From positions 186,001 through 250,000 of the forward strand of contig NIVC01000981.1 of NCBI GenBank assembly GCA_002269645.1: 64,000 nt of DNA, in the 5' to 3' direction. The position numbers and the translations under genes are program-made. Source of the stretch: Macrostomum lignano (taxonomy: Eukaryota). Within the stretch, counting starts at the first letter, position 1. Each line of letters starts with the position of its first letter. Below the pieces are notes generated by a model. The model worked only from the letters and a program-made list of their open reading frames with translations, made no database searches and was not told the origin of the DNA. Shown here in pieces: positions 35,855 through 47,652 of this stretch.

Positions 35855-38800
35855 CATCTGTTAGACACAGCTGGCGTATCTGTTAGGCAGTTAGTTGGCA
35901 CCTGTTAGACACAACTGGGGCACCTGTTTATAGACACAGCCGGGGCAACTGTACATGTTAGAGACTGCAGCCGGGGCACCTCTTAGACACAGCTGGGAGG
36001 TACCTGTTAGACATAGCCGGGGCAACTGTTATACACAACTGGGGGCACCTTTTAGACACGTCAGCTGAGAGGTAACTGTTAGACACAATTGGGAACCTGT
36101 TGGACACAACTGGAGCAGCTGTTAGACACAGCCGGGGGGGCACCTGTTAGACACAGCCGGGGGGCACCTGTTAGACACAGCCGGGGGCACCTGTTAGACA
36201 CAGCCGGGGGGCAGCTGTTAGACACAGCCGGGGGCACCTGTTAGACACAGCCGGGGGGCACCTGTTAGACACAGCCGGGGGGCAGCTGTTAGACACAGCC
36301 GGGGGCACCTGTTAGACACAGCCGGTGGGCACCTGTTAGACACAGCCGGGGGCCGCACCTGTTAGACACAGCCGGGGGCACCTGTTCGACACAGCCGGGG
36401 GGCAGCTGTTAGACACAGCCGGGGGGCACCTGTTAGACACAGCCGGGGGGCCGCACCTGTTAGACACAGCCGGGGGCACCTGTTAGACACAGCCGGGGGC
36501 ACCTGTTAGACACAGCCGGGGGGCACCTGTTAGACACAGCCGGGGGGCACCTGTTAGACACAGCCGGGGGCACCTGTTAGACACAGCCGGGGGGCAGCTG
36601 TTAGACACAGCCGGGGGCACCTGTTAGACACAGCCGGGGGCAGCTGTTAGACACAGCCGGGGGGCACCTGTTAGACACAACTGGGGGGCACCTGTTAGAC
36701 ACAGCCAGGGGGGCAGCTGTTAGACACAGCCGGGGGTACCTGTTAGACACAGCCGGGGGGGGCAGCTGTTAGACACAGCCGGGGGGCACCTGTTAGACAC
36801 AGCCGGGGGGCAGCTGTTAGACACAGCCGGGGGGCACCTGTTAGACACAGCCGGGGGCACCTGTTAGACACAGCCGGGGGGCAGCTGTTAGACACAGCCG
36901 GGGGGCACCTGTTAGACACAGCCGGGGGCACCTGTTAGACACAGCCGGGGGGCAGCTGTTAGACACAGCCGGGGGCACCTGTTAGACACAGCCGGGGGGG
37001 CACCTGTTAGACACAGCCGGGGGCACCTGTTAGACACAGCCGGGGGCACCTGTTAGACACAGCCGGGGGGCACCTGTTAGACACAGCCGGGAGGGCAGCT
37101 GTTAGACACAGCCGGGGGGCACCTGTTAGACACAGCCGGGGGGCACCTGTTAGACACAGCCGGGGGGCCGCACCTGTTAGACACAGCCGGGGGCACCTGT
37201 TAGACACAGCCGGGGGGGCAGCTGTTAGACACAGCCGGGGGGCACCTGTTAGACACAGCCGGGGGCACCTGTTAGACACAGCCGGGGGGCACCTGTTAGA
37301 CACAGCCGGGGGCACCTGTTAGACACAGCCGGGGGGCACCTGTTAGACACAGCCGGGGGGCCGCACCTGTTAGACACAGCCGGGGGCACCTGTTAGACAC
37401 AGCCGGGGGGCACCTGTTAGACACAGCCGGGGGCAGCTGTTAGACACAGCCGGGGGGCCGCACCTGTTAGACACAGCCGGGGGCACCTGTTAGACACAGC
37501 TGGGGGGCACCTGTTAGACAGCTGGGGGGCACCTGTTAGACACAGCCGGGGGGCACCTGTTAGACACAGCCGGGGGCCGCAACTGTTAGACACAGCCGGG
37601 GGCACCTGTTAGACACAGCTGGGGGGCACCTGTTAGACAGCTGGGGGGCACCTGTTAGACACAGCCGGGGGCACCTGTTAGACACAGCCGGGGGGCACCT
37701 GTTAGACACAGCCGGGGGGCAGCTGTTAGACACAGCCGGGGGGCACCTGTTAGACACAGCCGGGGGGCACCTGTTAGACACAGCCGGAGGGCACCTGTTA
37801 GACACAGCCGGGGGGCAGCTGTTAGACACAGCCGGGGGGCACCTGTTAGACACAGCCGGGGGGCAGCTGTTAGACACAGCCGGGGGGCACCTGTTAGACA
37901 CAGCCGGGGGCACCTGTTAGACACAGCCGGGGGGCAGCTGTTAGACACAGCCGGGGGCACCTGTTAGACACAGCCGGGGGGCACCTGTTAGACACAGCCG
38001 GGGGGCAGCTGTTAGACACAGCCGGGGGCACCTGTTAGACACAGCCGGGGGCACCTGTTAGACACAGCCGGGGGCCGCACCTGTTAGACACAGCCGGGGG
38101 CACCTGTTAGACACAGCCGGGGGGCAGCTGTTAGACACAGCCGGGGGCACCTGTTAGACACAGCCGGGGGGCAGCTGTTAGACACAGCCGGGGGGCACCT
38201 GTTAGACACAGCCGGGGGGCAGCTGTTAGACACAGCCGGGGGCACCTGTTAGACACAGCCGGGGGGCAGCTGTTAGACACAGCCGGGGGCACCTGTTAGA
38301 CACAGCCGGGGGCGACTGTTAGACACAGCCGGGGGCACCTGTTAGACACAGCCGGGGGCACCTGTTAGACACAGCCGGGGGGGCAGCTGTTAGACACAGC
38401 CGGGGGCACCTGTTAGACACAGCCGGGGGCACCTGTTAGACACAGCCGGGGGGCCGCACCTGTTAGACACAGCCGGGGGCACCTGTTAGACACAGCCGGG
38501 GGGCAGCTGTTAGACACAGCCGGGGGGCACCTGTTAGACACAGCCGGGGGCCGCACCTGTTAGACACAGCCGGGGGGCACCTGTTAGACACAGCTGGGGG
38601 GCACCTGTTAGACACAGCCGGGGGGCAGCTGTTAGACACAGCCGGGGGGCACCTGTTAGACACAGCCGGGGGGGCAGCTGTTAGACACAGCCGGGGGGCA
38701 GCTGTTAGACACAGCCGGGGGCACCTGTTAGACACAGCCGGGGGCACCTGTTAGACACAGCCGGGGGGGGCACCTGTTAGACACAGCCGGGGGGGGCAGC

Positions 38801-40036
38801 TGTTAGACACAGCCGGGGGCACCTGTTCGACACAGCCGGGGGCACCTGTTAGACACAGCTGGGGGGCACCTGTTAGACACAGCCGGGGGGCAGCTGTTAG
38901 ACACAGCCGGGGGCACCTGTTAGACACAGCCGGGGGGCACCTGTTAGACACAGCCGGGGGCACCTGTTAGACACAGCCGGGGGCACCTGTTAGACACAGC
39001 CGGGGGCACCTGTTAGACACAGCCGGGGGCACCTGTTAGACACAGCCGGGGGCAGCTGTTAGACACAGCCGGGGGGCACCTGTTAGACACAGCCGGGGGC
39101 ACCTGTTAGACACAGCCGGGGGGCACCTGTTAGACACAGCCGGGGGCACCTGTTAGACACAGCCGGGGGGCACCTGTTAGACACAGCCGGGGGGCAGCTG
39201 TTAGACACAGCCGGGGGCAGCTGTTAGACACAGCCGGGGGGGGGCAGCTGTTAGACACAGCCGGGGGGGGCAGCTGTTAGACACAGCCGGGGGGCACCTG
39301 TTAGACACAGCCAGGGGGCCGCACCTGTTAGACACAGCCGGGGGCACCTGTTAGACACAGCCGGGGGGCAGCTGTTAGACACAGCCGGGGGCACCTGTTA
39401 GACACAGCCGGGGGCCGCACCTGTTAGACACAGCCGGGGGCACCTGTTAGACACAGCCGGGGGGCACCTGTTAGACAGCTGGGGGGCACCTGTTAGACAC
39501 AGCCGGGGGCACCTGTTAGACACAGCTGGGGGCACCTGTTAGACACAGCTGGGGGGCACCTGTTAGACACAGCTGGGGGGCACCTGTTAGACACAGCCGG
39601 GGGCACCTGTTAGACACAGCCGGAGGCACCTGTTAGACACAGCCGGGGGGCAGCTGTTAGACACAGCCGGGGGGCACCTGTTAGACACAGCCGGGGGGCA
39701 CCAGTTAGACACAGCCGGGGGCACCTGTTAGACACAGCCGGGGGGCAGCTGTTAGACACAGCCGGGGGGCACCTGTTAGACACAGCCGGGGGCCGCACCT
39801 GTTAGACACAGCCGGGGGCCGCACCTGTTAGACACAGCCGGGGGCACCTGTTAGACACAGCTGGGGGGCACCTGTTAGACACAGCTGGGGGGCACCTGTT
39901 AGACACAGCCGGGGGGCACCTGTTCGACACAGCCGGGGGCACCTGTTAGACACAGCCGGAGGCACCTGTTCGACACAGCCGGGGGCACCTGTTAGACACA
40001 GCCGGGGGTACCTGTTCGACACAGCCGGGGGCACCT
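35855..40036. repeat. Large minisatellite, 23-24 bp unit CA(C/G)CTGTTAGACACAGCCGGGGG(G), roughly 175 copies
   Basis: 4.2-kb array; copy number estimated as length divided by unit. Confidence 0.98.
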
Positions 40037-40177
40037 GATAAAAGCTTGAGTCGATAAAGTCGTCCCTAAAGCTGGTCTCCTGTTTCTGTTTAAATTTTCT
40101 AGATATTTTAAGCCCAAAATGTCGTTGGGTTCGCCTTATCCCTATTCCTATAATTTTCATACATTTTTCTAGTTGCC

Positions 40178-40447
40178 ATGGAGACGTACCGCTTTGCCTG
40201 TCCCGGCGCCCCGGCCTGCCACCGTGCCTACGCGGAGCCGCAGGCGCTGAAGGCGCACACCCTGTGCTGCGAGCACGCCCAGGCTCGAATCCTGCCAGCC
40301 TGGAACGCCAGCATGACGCCAGCCCAGGGATTTGCCGCCTCGCGCGTCTTCTATCACGACAGGAGTCTGGGCAACATCACTATCTGCCGGCGCGGCGTTG
40401 TAGAGTTCAACCGAGGTCGCGACCGCTTCATACATTCGTCCTATTGA
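40178..40447 (+). CDS. Single C2H2 zinc-finger exon or ORF (89-aa gene, or last exon 40173-40447 of the KH gene)
   Basis: F-A-C-x5-C-x3-Y-x5-L-x2-H-x5-H; GC-rich against AT-rich flanks; preceded by tttttctag acceptor and GCCATGG. Confidence 0.68.
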   Translation: METYRFACPGAPACHRAYAEPQALKAHTLCCEHAQARILPAWNASMTPAQGFAASRVFYHDRSLGNITICRRGVVEFNRGRDRFIHSSY

Positions 40448-41714
40448 ATTTTGATTCAAATCGACCATTGAGTAGAACTGGGAATTCAGATTTTAATAGC
40501 TTCAAAACAAATTAATATTTTTAGTAGTTCATCGGAAATCATGCTACTTTAAGTAGCGAAAACGAGTTTTTTTCGTAATACTTCCTACCGTGTAGAAAAA
40601 AAAACTTAAAACAGATTTTCTATAAAACTTTTAAATAGACTCAGAAGCTGTACAAAATCAATGATCCAGTTTTTTATTTGTTAGAACTTTTATTTTTCCA
40701 GACAAGTAGAGGTTCGAGTTTCTTACCTTATCATAAAAGTACAAAATATTTTAGCTACACTCGTATAACAAATTTATTCGAAGGTAAAAATACATGTTTA
40801 CATATATTGCAATGGGAAATTTCCAACAGCGAATTATTAACAATTATACTAGAGAATTAATACAGAAAGTTTTACAACACAAAACTTGGCAGGCTTGAGG
40901 TTAACTTTAACTTTGAGACGGCATTTGATTTGTTATAATTGGCTACCCAGTCGATCAAACAGAGCAGTGATAAATAAATTAATAAGATCATCAGAACACT
41001 GATAAGATAACTTATCATTATAATTACAGATAAGCAAATTAATCCCTCTGTACAATCTGCGCTTCACAAATATAACTTTGTTAATATTGCTGCTTTGTTA
41101 AAATGGCATGGTCTAACATTTTTGACTAGATTGTGCGAGTGAGCAGATATATGAGCATGGCGGGGTGAATGAAATTTAGCCCAATTTAATCGCTGATTCG
41201 CAAAATTATGAGCTACGCAAAAGATACAGCTTCGAATAAAATTGCAATTCGCGCTATAGATTCTACTCATAAGTAGGAGAATTTGAGTTTTAAAAATCAA
41301 TCAAATACAGTTAGCAGATGAATTGTGACAATCCAGTACATGCGGAGAGACCTGAAAGACAAATTCTTGGCGATTTTTAGCCGCCCAAAAATTATTTTTC
41401 AAAATGTGCGCTCCAGAAATTATACTACTGTCGTTAATGGCGTCGTGAGTAGTATGTATACACTATCGTAGATATATGCGGCGATTTGTTCGCGGCATCA
41501 GACGACAACTTCATAAATGACTTTTCTTTGCCGGCCCGGGTGCAGGAATGTGCCGCTGTTGTCTGACCCCGACTCCAGGTCTGCAATCGGGGGTGACATT
41601 GGGAAGCGACATAAAATTAATTATCTGTAGCAATTGTGTAACAAAAATTTATATTGAAGGTTAAAACAAGTCTAAAAATCTTCTACGAACGATTGATGGG
41701 CATCAGGAGTGACT

Positions 41715-41942
41715 GCAGATGGGTGTCAGGAGTGTCTATAAATGGGTGTCAGGAGTGTCTATAAATGGATGTCAGTAGTGTCTATAAATGGGTGTCAGGA
41801 GTGTCTATAAATGAGTGTCAGGAGTATCTATAAATCGGTGTCAGGAGTGTCTATAGATGGGTGTCAGAAGTGTCTATAAATGGGTGTCAGGAGTGTCTAT
41901 AAATGGGTGTCAGTAGTGTCCATAGATGGGTGTCAGGAGTGA
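41715..41942. repeat. Minisatellite, 23 bp unit GGGTGTCAGGAGTGTCTATAAAT
   Basis: About 9-10 copies. Confidence 0.9.
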
Positions 41943-42796
41943 CTAGATGCGTCTGGATTGATGGTTTATAGATATAGTTCTTGTAGAAGCAGAAATATTA
42001 GCATTTTTGTTGCCTAGCTGCTATTTACAACTACCAGTGTGAGTTGTGAATTACGATCTGCATTAGCGCCGCACTACTGACCAGCAGTATGAGTAGTATA
42101 GCTTTTATATAGTAAAGTTTCGAAGGTTAACAGGCTATGTGAGGTTTTGAGTCAAATTTATCCCACATAGTTCCGTAAACTGCTATCAGGTTGCCAATGT
42201 GATAGAATTAATTGAGAGGCCAGTTACAGGTGAGATTATCCCTGATTAATTGGTTAATTTCAGGGGTTCACAGACCATAATTACGACAATCGCATAGCTC
42301 CATTTCAATGCAATCTGATGCCAGGGAGCCTGTAATCAGATTTTGCCGAAAAAAAGCTTATAAAATTCCTATATTTCTACTGACTAGACTTCAGCTCAGT
42401 AGTTAAGTTTGTACATAACTATGCTTTCCGTTACACTGGGTTATAAAATCAAGTCGTATTCAGATTTAGGATTGACAAAGTGACCTCAGATGAACCTGAA
42501 CTGGCTCTGATGGCATGCTCAGGCTTGGCGTTTACCGAATATATAAAAATTCTAGTTGAACGCTGCCTAATAATGATATGCTAGTATCCTTAGCCATCAC
42601 TATAGCTTAATCCTAATCCGGGCCTATTCCTCTTGAATGAGCCGGGAGCCGGGACATCCACAGCCAATCAATCAGCCTTTGTGTGGGCCACCCCACCCTG
42701 GCTCAGGGCAGGCGAACTTGGCCCGACAGAATAAATTGATTCAATTAACGAATTTATCAACTTTAATGTGGAGTCTGAAGCACTGAACTTTGCTAA

Positions 42797-42873
42797 TCAA
42801 GTACGTGTTATACTCGTAAGTTGCTGATGTTTGTGGGATAAGTGCGGACGAAACAGTGCAGACTGTTCTTGAA
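42797..42873 (-). CDS. Echinoid-like Ig/FN3 receptor, probable last coding exon
   Basis: ttctaacctcag acceptor, phase 1, IQEQSALFRPHLSHKHQQLTSITRT*. Confidence 0.55.
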
Positions 42874-42919
42874 CTGAGGTTAGAAACTGACTGGTGTCTC
42901 TTCTAGAGACTGGTGATAG

Positions 42920-43210
42920 GCCCCTCCTCCCCTCTCTTCCGCCCCCTCTCTTCCCCCTCTCTTCTCCCCTCTCTTCCGCCCCCTCTCTTCCCCCTCTCTT
43001 CTCCCCCTCTCTTGCCCCCTCTCCTCCGCCCCTCTCTTCCGCCCCTCTTTTCCGCCCCTCTCTTCCGCCCCTCTTTTCCGCCCCTCTCTTCCGCCCCTCT
43101 CTTCCGCCCCTCTTTTCCGCCCCTCTTTTCCTTCCTTCCTCTCTTCCACCCTCTCTTCCGCCCCCTCTCTTCCGCCCCCTCTCCTCCACCCCTTCTCTTC
43201 CGCCCCCTCT
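42920..43210. repeat. Intronic CT-rich minisatellite (CCCCTCTCTTCC-like)
   Basis: Directly visible in the sequence. Confidence 0.9.
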
Positions 43211-43297
43211 TGCCATTCAGGGATCTAATTCCAGCCTCTCTGCACTCCATCACTGGTAAATTTGAGATCCAGCTCACTGAGCGCAGAGGTCACTCAC

Positions 43298-43509
43298 TGT
43301 TATTCCCAACAATGGGATGATTCGCGCTGAGCAGAGTGCTGAACACCTTGTTGGTCTGGTCAATGGAGGTCTCGTCTGTGCTGGTCAGGCTGGGGTGGGG
43401 GGAGACCATGGCGTAGGGCTTGCCGGAGCTGAAGGACTTGTAGGTGGAGGCCATGAGGTCCGGCTCCGGGTGCCGGCGCCTGCGGGTGAGGAGATGGGAA
43501 GGAGCCGAG
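43298..43509 (-). CDS. Echinoid-like receptor, cytoplasmic exon
   Basis: ccacccag acceptor and gtgagt donor, phase 2 to 1; SAPSHLLTRRRRHPEPDLMASTYKSF... Confidence 0.75.
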
Positions 43510-43541
43510 CTGGGTGGAGTGGCAGTTTTCAGATTCATATC

Positions 43542-44162
43542 AGGTAGATTGGGTAGACAAGTATACTGGGTAGACAGGTATACTGGGTAGACAGGTAGAT
43601 TGGGTAGACAGGTAGATTGGGTAGACAAGTATACTGGGTAGACAGGTATACTGGGTAGACAGGTAGATTGGGTAGACAGGTAGATTGGGTAGACAAGTAT
43701 ACTGGGTAGACAGGTATACTGGGTAGACAGGTATACTGGGTAGACAGGTATACTGGGTAGACAGGTATACTGGGTAGACAGGTATACTGGGTAGACAGGT
43801 AGATTTGGTAAACAGGTAAATTGGGTGAGCATGTAGATTATGTAGGCAGGTAGATTGGGTAGACAGGTAAATTGGTTAGACAGGTAGATGGGGTAGACAG
43901 GTAGATTAAGTAGACAGGTAGATTGGGTAGACAGGTAGATTGGGTAGACAGGTAGATTGGGTAGACAGGTAGATTGGGTAGACAGGTAGATTGGGTAGAC
44001 AGGTAGATTGGGTAGACAGGTAGATTGGGTAGACAGGTAGATTGGGTAGACAGGTAGATTGGGTAGACAGGTAGATTGGGTAGACAGGTAGATTGGGTAG
44101 ACAGGTAGATTGGGTAGACAGGTAGATTGGGTAGACAGGTAGATTGAGTAGACAGGTAGATC
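43542..44162. repeat. 17-bp minisatellite GGTAGACAGGTAGATTG (intron downstream of the TM exon)
   Basis: About 36 copies. Confidence 0.96.
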
Positions 44163-44176
44163 GGGTAGCAGCTCAC

Positions 44177-44390
44177 AGCCTGCTGTCCCGTCTGGCCGGG
44201 GGGCTGTCCAGCTCGCTGGCTCTCGCAGCCGATGTTGCGGCATCGCCGGAAGACGCGGCCTCCTTGCTGGCTAGCGGGCGATTCCGGCAGCAGAAGAAGA
44301 CCAGGATGGCCACCAGGCAGATGATGAGCAGCGTGCAGAACGCAGCCACTATGATGATGGTGAGCGAGCTCACCTCCGGGAAGCCCGACA
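44177..44390 (-). CDS. Echinoid-like receptor, transmembrane exon
   Basis: LTIIIVAAFCTLLIICLVAILVFFCCRNR hydrophobic span plus stop-transfer; ttgcag acceptor and gtgagc donor, phase 1 to 2. Confidence 0.9.
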
Positions 44391-44424
44391 CTGCAATTCA
44401 GTGGGGAGGCTGCGGGGTAGACAC

Positions 44425-45435
44425 TTCTCATTGACTAACCTGTTTACTTGTCTACCCAATCGACCTGTCTACACAATCTACCTGTCTAACCAATCTACCT
44501 GTCTACCCAATCTACGTGTCTACCCAATCTACGTGTCTACCCAATCTACCTGTCTACCCAATCTACCTGTATACCCAATCTACCTGTCTACCCAATCTAC
44601 GTGTCTACCCAATCTACGTGTCTACCCAATCTACGTGTCTACCCCATCTACCTCTTTACCCAATCTACCCGTCTACTCAATCTACCTGTCTACCCAATCT
44701 ACCTGTCTACCCCATCTACCTGTCTAACCAATCTACGTGTCTACCCCATCTACCTGTTTACTCAATCTACCTGTTTACTCAATCTACCTGTCTATCCAAT
44801 CTACCTGTCTACCCAATCTACCTGTCTACCCAATCTACCTGTCTACCCAATCTACCTGTCTACCCAATCTACCTGTCTACCCAATCTACCTGTTTACCCA
44901 ATCTACCTGTCTAACCAATCTACGTGTCTACCCCATCTACCTGTTTACCCAATCTACCTGTCAAACCAATCTACCTGTCTACCCAATCTACCTGTCTACC
45001 CAATCTACCTGTCTACCCAATCTACCTGTCTACCCAATCTACCTGTCTACCCAATCTACCTGTCTACCCAATCTACCTGTCTACCCAATCTACCTGTCTA
45101 ACCAATCTACGTGTCTACCCCATCTACCTGTTTACCCAATCTACCTGTCAAACCAATCTACCTGTCTACCCAATCTACCTGTCTATCCAATCTACCTGTC
45201 AAACCAATCTACCTGTCTTACCAATCTACCTGTCTAACCAATCTACCTGTCTACCCAATCTATCTGTCTACCCCATCTACCTGTCTAACCAATCTACCTG
45301 TCTACCCAAATCTACCTGTTTACCCAATCTACCTGTCTACCCAATCTACCTGTCTACCCAATCTACCTGTCTTACCAATCTACCTGTCTAACCAATCTTC
45401 CTGCCTACCTATTCTACCTGTCTACCCTGCCCAAT
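44425..45435. repeat. Same 17-bp minisatellite in inverted orientation, CAATCTACCTGTCTACC (intron upstream of the TM exon)
   Basis: About 59 copies; the unit is the exact reverse complement of the 43542-44162 unit. Confidence 0.96.
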
Positions 45436-46021
45436 ATCTACCCAATCAACTTCTTACAAAAACTTGCAAAAACATTGCACTGTTCAACTATAAAATTTCC
45501 TTCCTATTTCCTAGAAATGACCTAGTTCAGAAAAAAGCGTCAAAAATCAGTTTAAACAAACAAAACGCAAATCAAGTCAGCCTCTTTGCACGGCGAGGTT
45601 GATTGAAAGCTGTCCCCGTTCGAGAAGGGTATCCGGTGGGGTCGAGCAGAGATTATCGACACGGCTAATCCAGGCTAAAACAGGAATCAAGATCTGAACT
45701 CACGCATGTCTGACAGGACCGCTTTGACACGGTTTCCGCCACTGTCAGCTTTGGGCGGATTTGACATTACTTTTGGTGACTCTAACCTGCTGTCAGCTGT
45801 TAATTAATTCGACCAGATTGCTACCGATTTAACAGGCTGACTTTGCTAGCCGTGTGGGATCCGTGTTAGCACTGCTAGGTAGGGGAGCAGACTATAAATG
45901 GGTTTGGGGATTTGGATTCTACCGCCGTATTGGCTGGTGCTAAAAGGCGAGGGAAGGCGCTTGGGGAGCTGAGGCAGGGACAGAATTTAGGGCAGGCTCG
46001 ATCCCCATATGAGTCACTCAC

Positions 46022-46078
46022 TGGCTCTACATGAAGGGCTTGGAGTTGGAGAGAGGTCCTGGCCGAGCTCGCACTTGG
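46022..46078 (-). CDS. Candidate 57-nt symmetric juxtamembrane exon (KCELGQDLSPTPSPSCRA)
   Basis: cgccag acceptor, gtgagt donor, phase 1 to 1, no stop; not supported by homology. Confidence 0.4.
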
Positions 46079-46204
46079 CTGGCGTGATTATTCGCGAACA
46101 TTTATCAAATTAGGCTTGATTGCGACCAGCTGACTGGGTCACTCTGGTGCTTTGCTGACGCTGACAGAAACTGCACCTGGCTCTGTGGTATCTTCTCTAC
46201 TTTT

Positions 46205-46540
46205 CTTCCTCACCTCTCCCCTCTCCCCTCTCTCCCTCAACCGCTCTCTCCCCTCTCTCCCTCAACCGCTCTCTCCCCTCTCTCTTCCCTCCCTCCTTCA
46301 TCCTCTCTCTCCCCACTCTCACCCTCTCTCTCTCACTCTCTCTCCCTCGCCCTCTCTCCCTCACCCTCTCTCCCTCACCCTCTCTCCCTCACCCTCTCTC
46401 CCTCACCCTCTCTCCCTCACCCTCTCTCCCTCACCCTCTCTCCCTCACCCTCTCTCCCTCACCCTCTCTCCCTCACCCTCTCTCCCTCACCCTCTCTCCC
46501 TCACCCTCTCTCCCTCACCCTCTCTCCCTCACCCTCTCCC
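46205..46540. repeat. CT-rich tract with perfect 14-bp unit CCCTCACCCTCTCT
   Basis: Directly visible in the sequence. Confidence 0.92.
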
Positions 46541-46854
46541 GACTCTGTTTCTCGCAGTTCTTACGGCTGCCTTCCGCCATTTTATCGCCCACTCAAATCT
46601 ACATCAGCATGATAGAAGATTATGCACTTGATTTGCATCTTGCGACTGATTTTCTTCTTGCCAAGAGACTACGAGCTAAAACGCGAGTTAAAGGCATCAG
46701 CGCAGAGGCACCCGGCCAAATCCCTAATCAATAGTGCAAATTGAGGTGATTAGTGGATAGAACTCGAACTCAATCAAGGGAATAATGTCCTCCGAGAACC
46801 CTAGTGGCCTTAGGGTTGCTTATTGTGAAGTATGATGACCTGAGGGTAGGAGGC

Positions 46855-47652
46855 TGAGTCCTGAAACTTAGGGACTCGACCTCTGGTAAGCCTAGGCTCT
46901 GAGTCCTGAAACTTAGGGACTTGACCTCTGGTAAGCCTAGGCTCTGAGTCCTGAAACTTAGGGACTTGACCTCTGGTAAGCCTAGGCTCTGAGCCCTGAA
47001 ACTTAGGGACTTGACCTCTGGTAAGCCTAGGCTCTGAGCCCTGAAACTTAGGGACTTGACCTCTGGTAAGCCTAGGCTCTGAGCCCTGAAACTTAGGGAC
47101 TTGACCTCTGGTAAGCCTAGGCTCTGAGCCCTGAAACTTAGGGACTTGACCTCTGGTAAGCATAGGCTCTGAGCCCTGAAACTTAGGGACTTGACCTCTG
47201 GTAAGCCTAGGCTCTGAGCCCTGAAATTTAGGGACTTGACCTCTGGTAAGCCTAGGCTCTGAGCCCTGAACCTTAGGGACTTGACCTCCGGTAAGCCTAG
47301 GCTCTGAGCCCTGAAACTTAGGGACTTGACCTCTGGTAAGCCTAGGCTCTGAGCCCTGAAACTTAGGGACTTGACCTCTGGTAAGCCTAGGCTCTGAGCC
47401 CTGAAACTTAGGGACTTGACCTCTGGTAAGCCTAGGCTCTGAGCCCTGAAACTTAGGGACTTGACCTCTGGTAAGCCTAGGCTCTGAGCCCTGAAACTTA
47501 GGGACTTGACCTCTGGTAAGCCTAGGCTCTGAGCCCTGAAACTTAGGGACTTGACCTCTGGTAAGCCTAGGCTCTGAGCCCCGAACCTTAGGGACTTGAC
47601 CTCTGGTAAGCCTAGGCTCTGAGCCCTGAAACTTAGGGACTTGACCTCTGAG
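46855..47652. repeat. Near-perfect 45-bp minisatellite CTGAAACTTAGGGACTTGACCTCTGGTAAGCCTAGGCTCTGAGCC
   Basis: About 17-18 copies with very few substitutions. Confidence 0.97.

Noticed and set aside
35855-40036. CRISPR-like regular repeats here and at 46855-47652
   Set aside because: Head-to-tail units with no unique spacers and no cas genes, in eukaryotic context.
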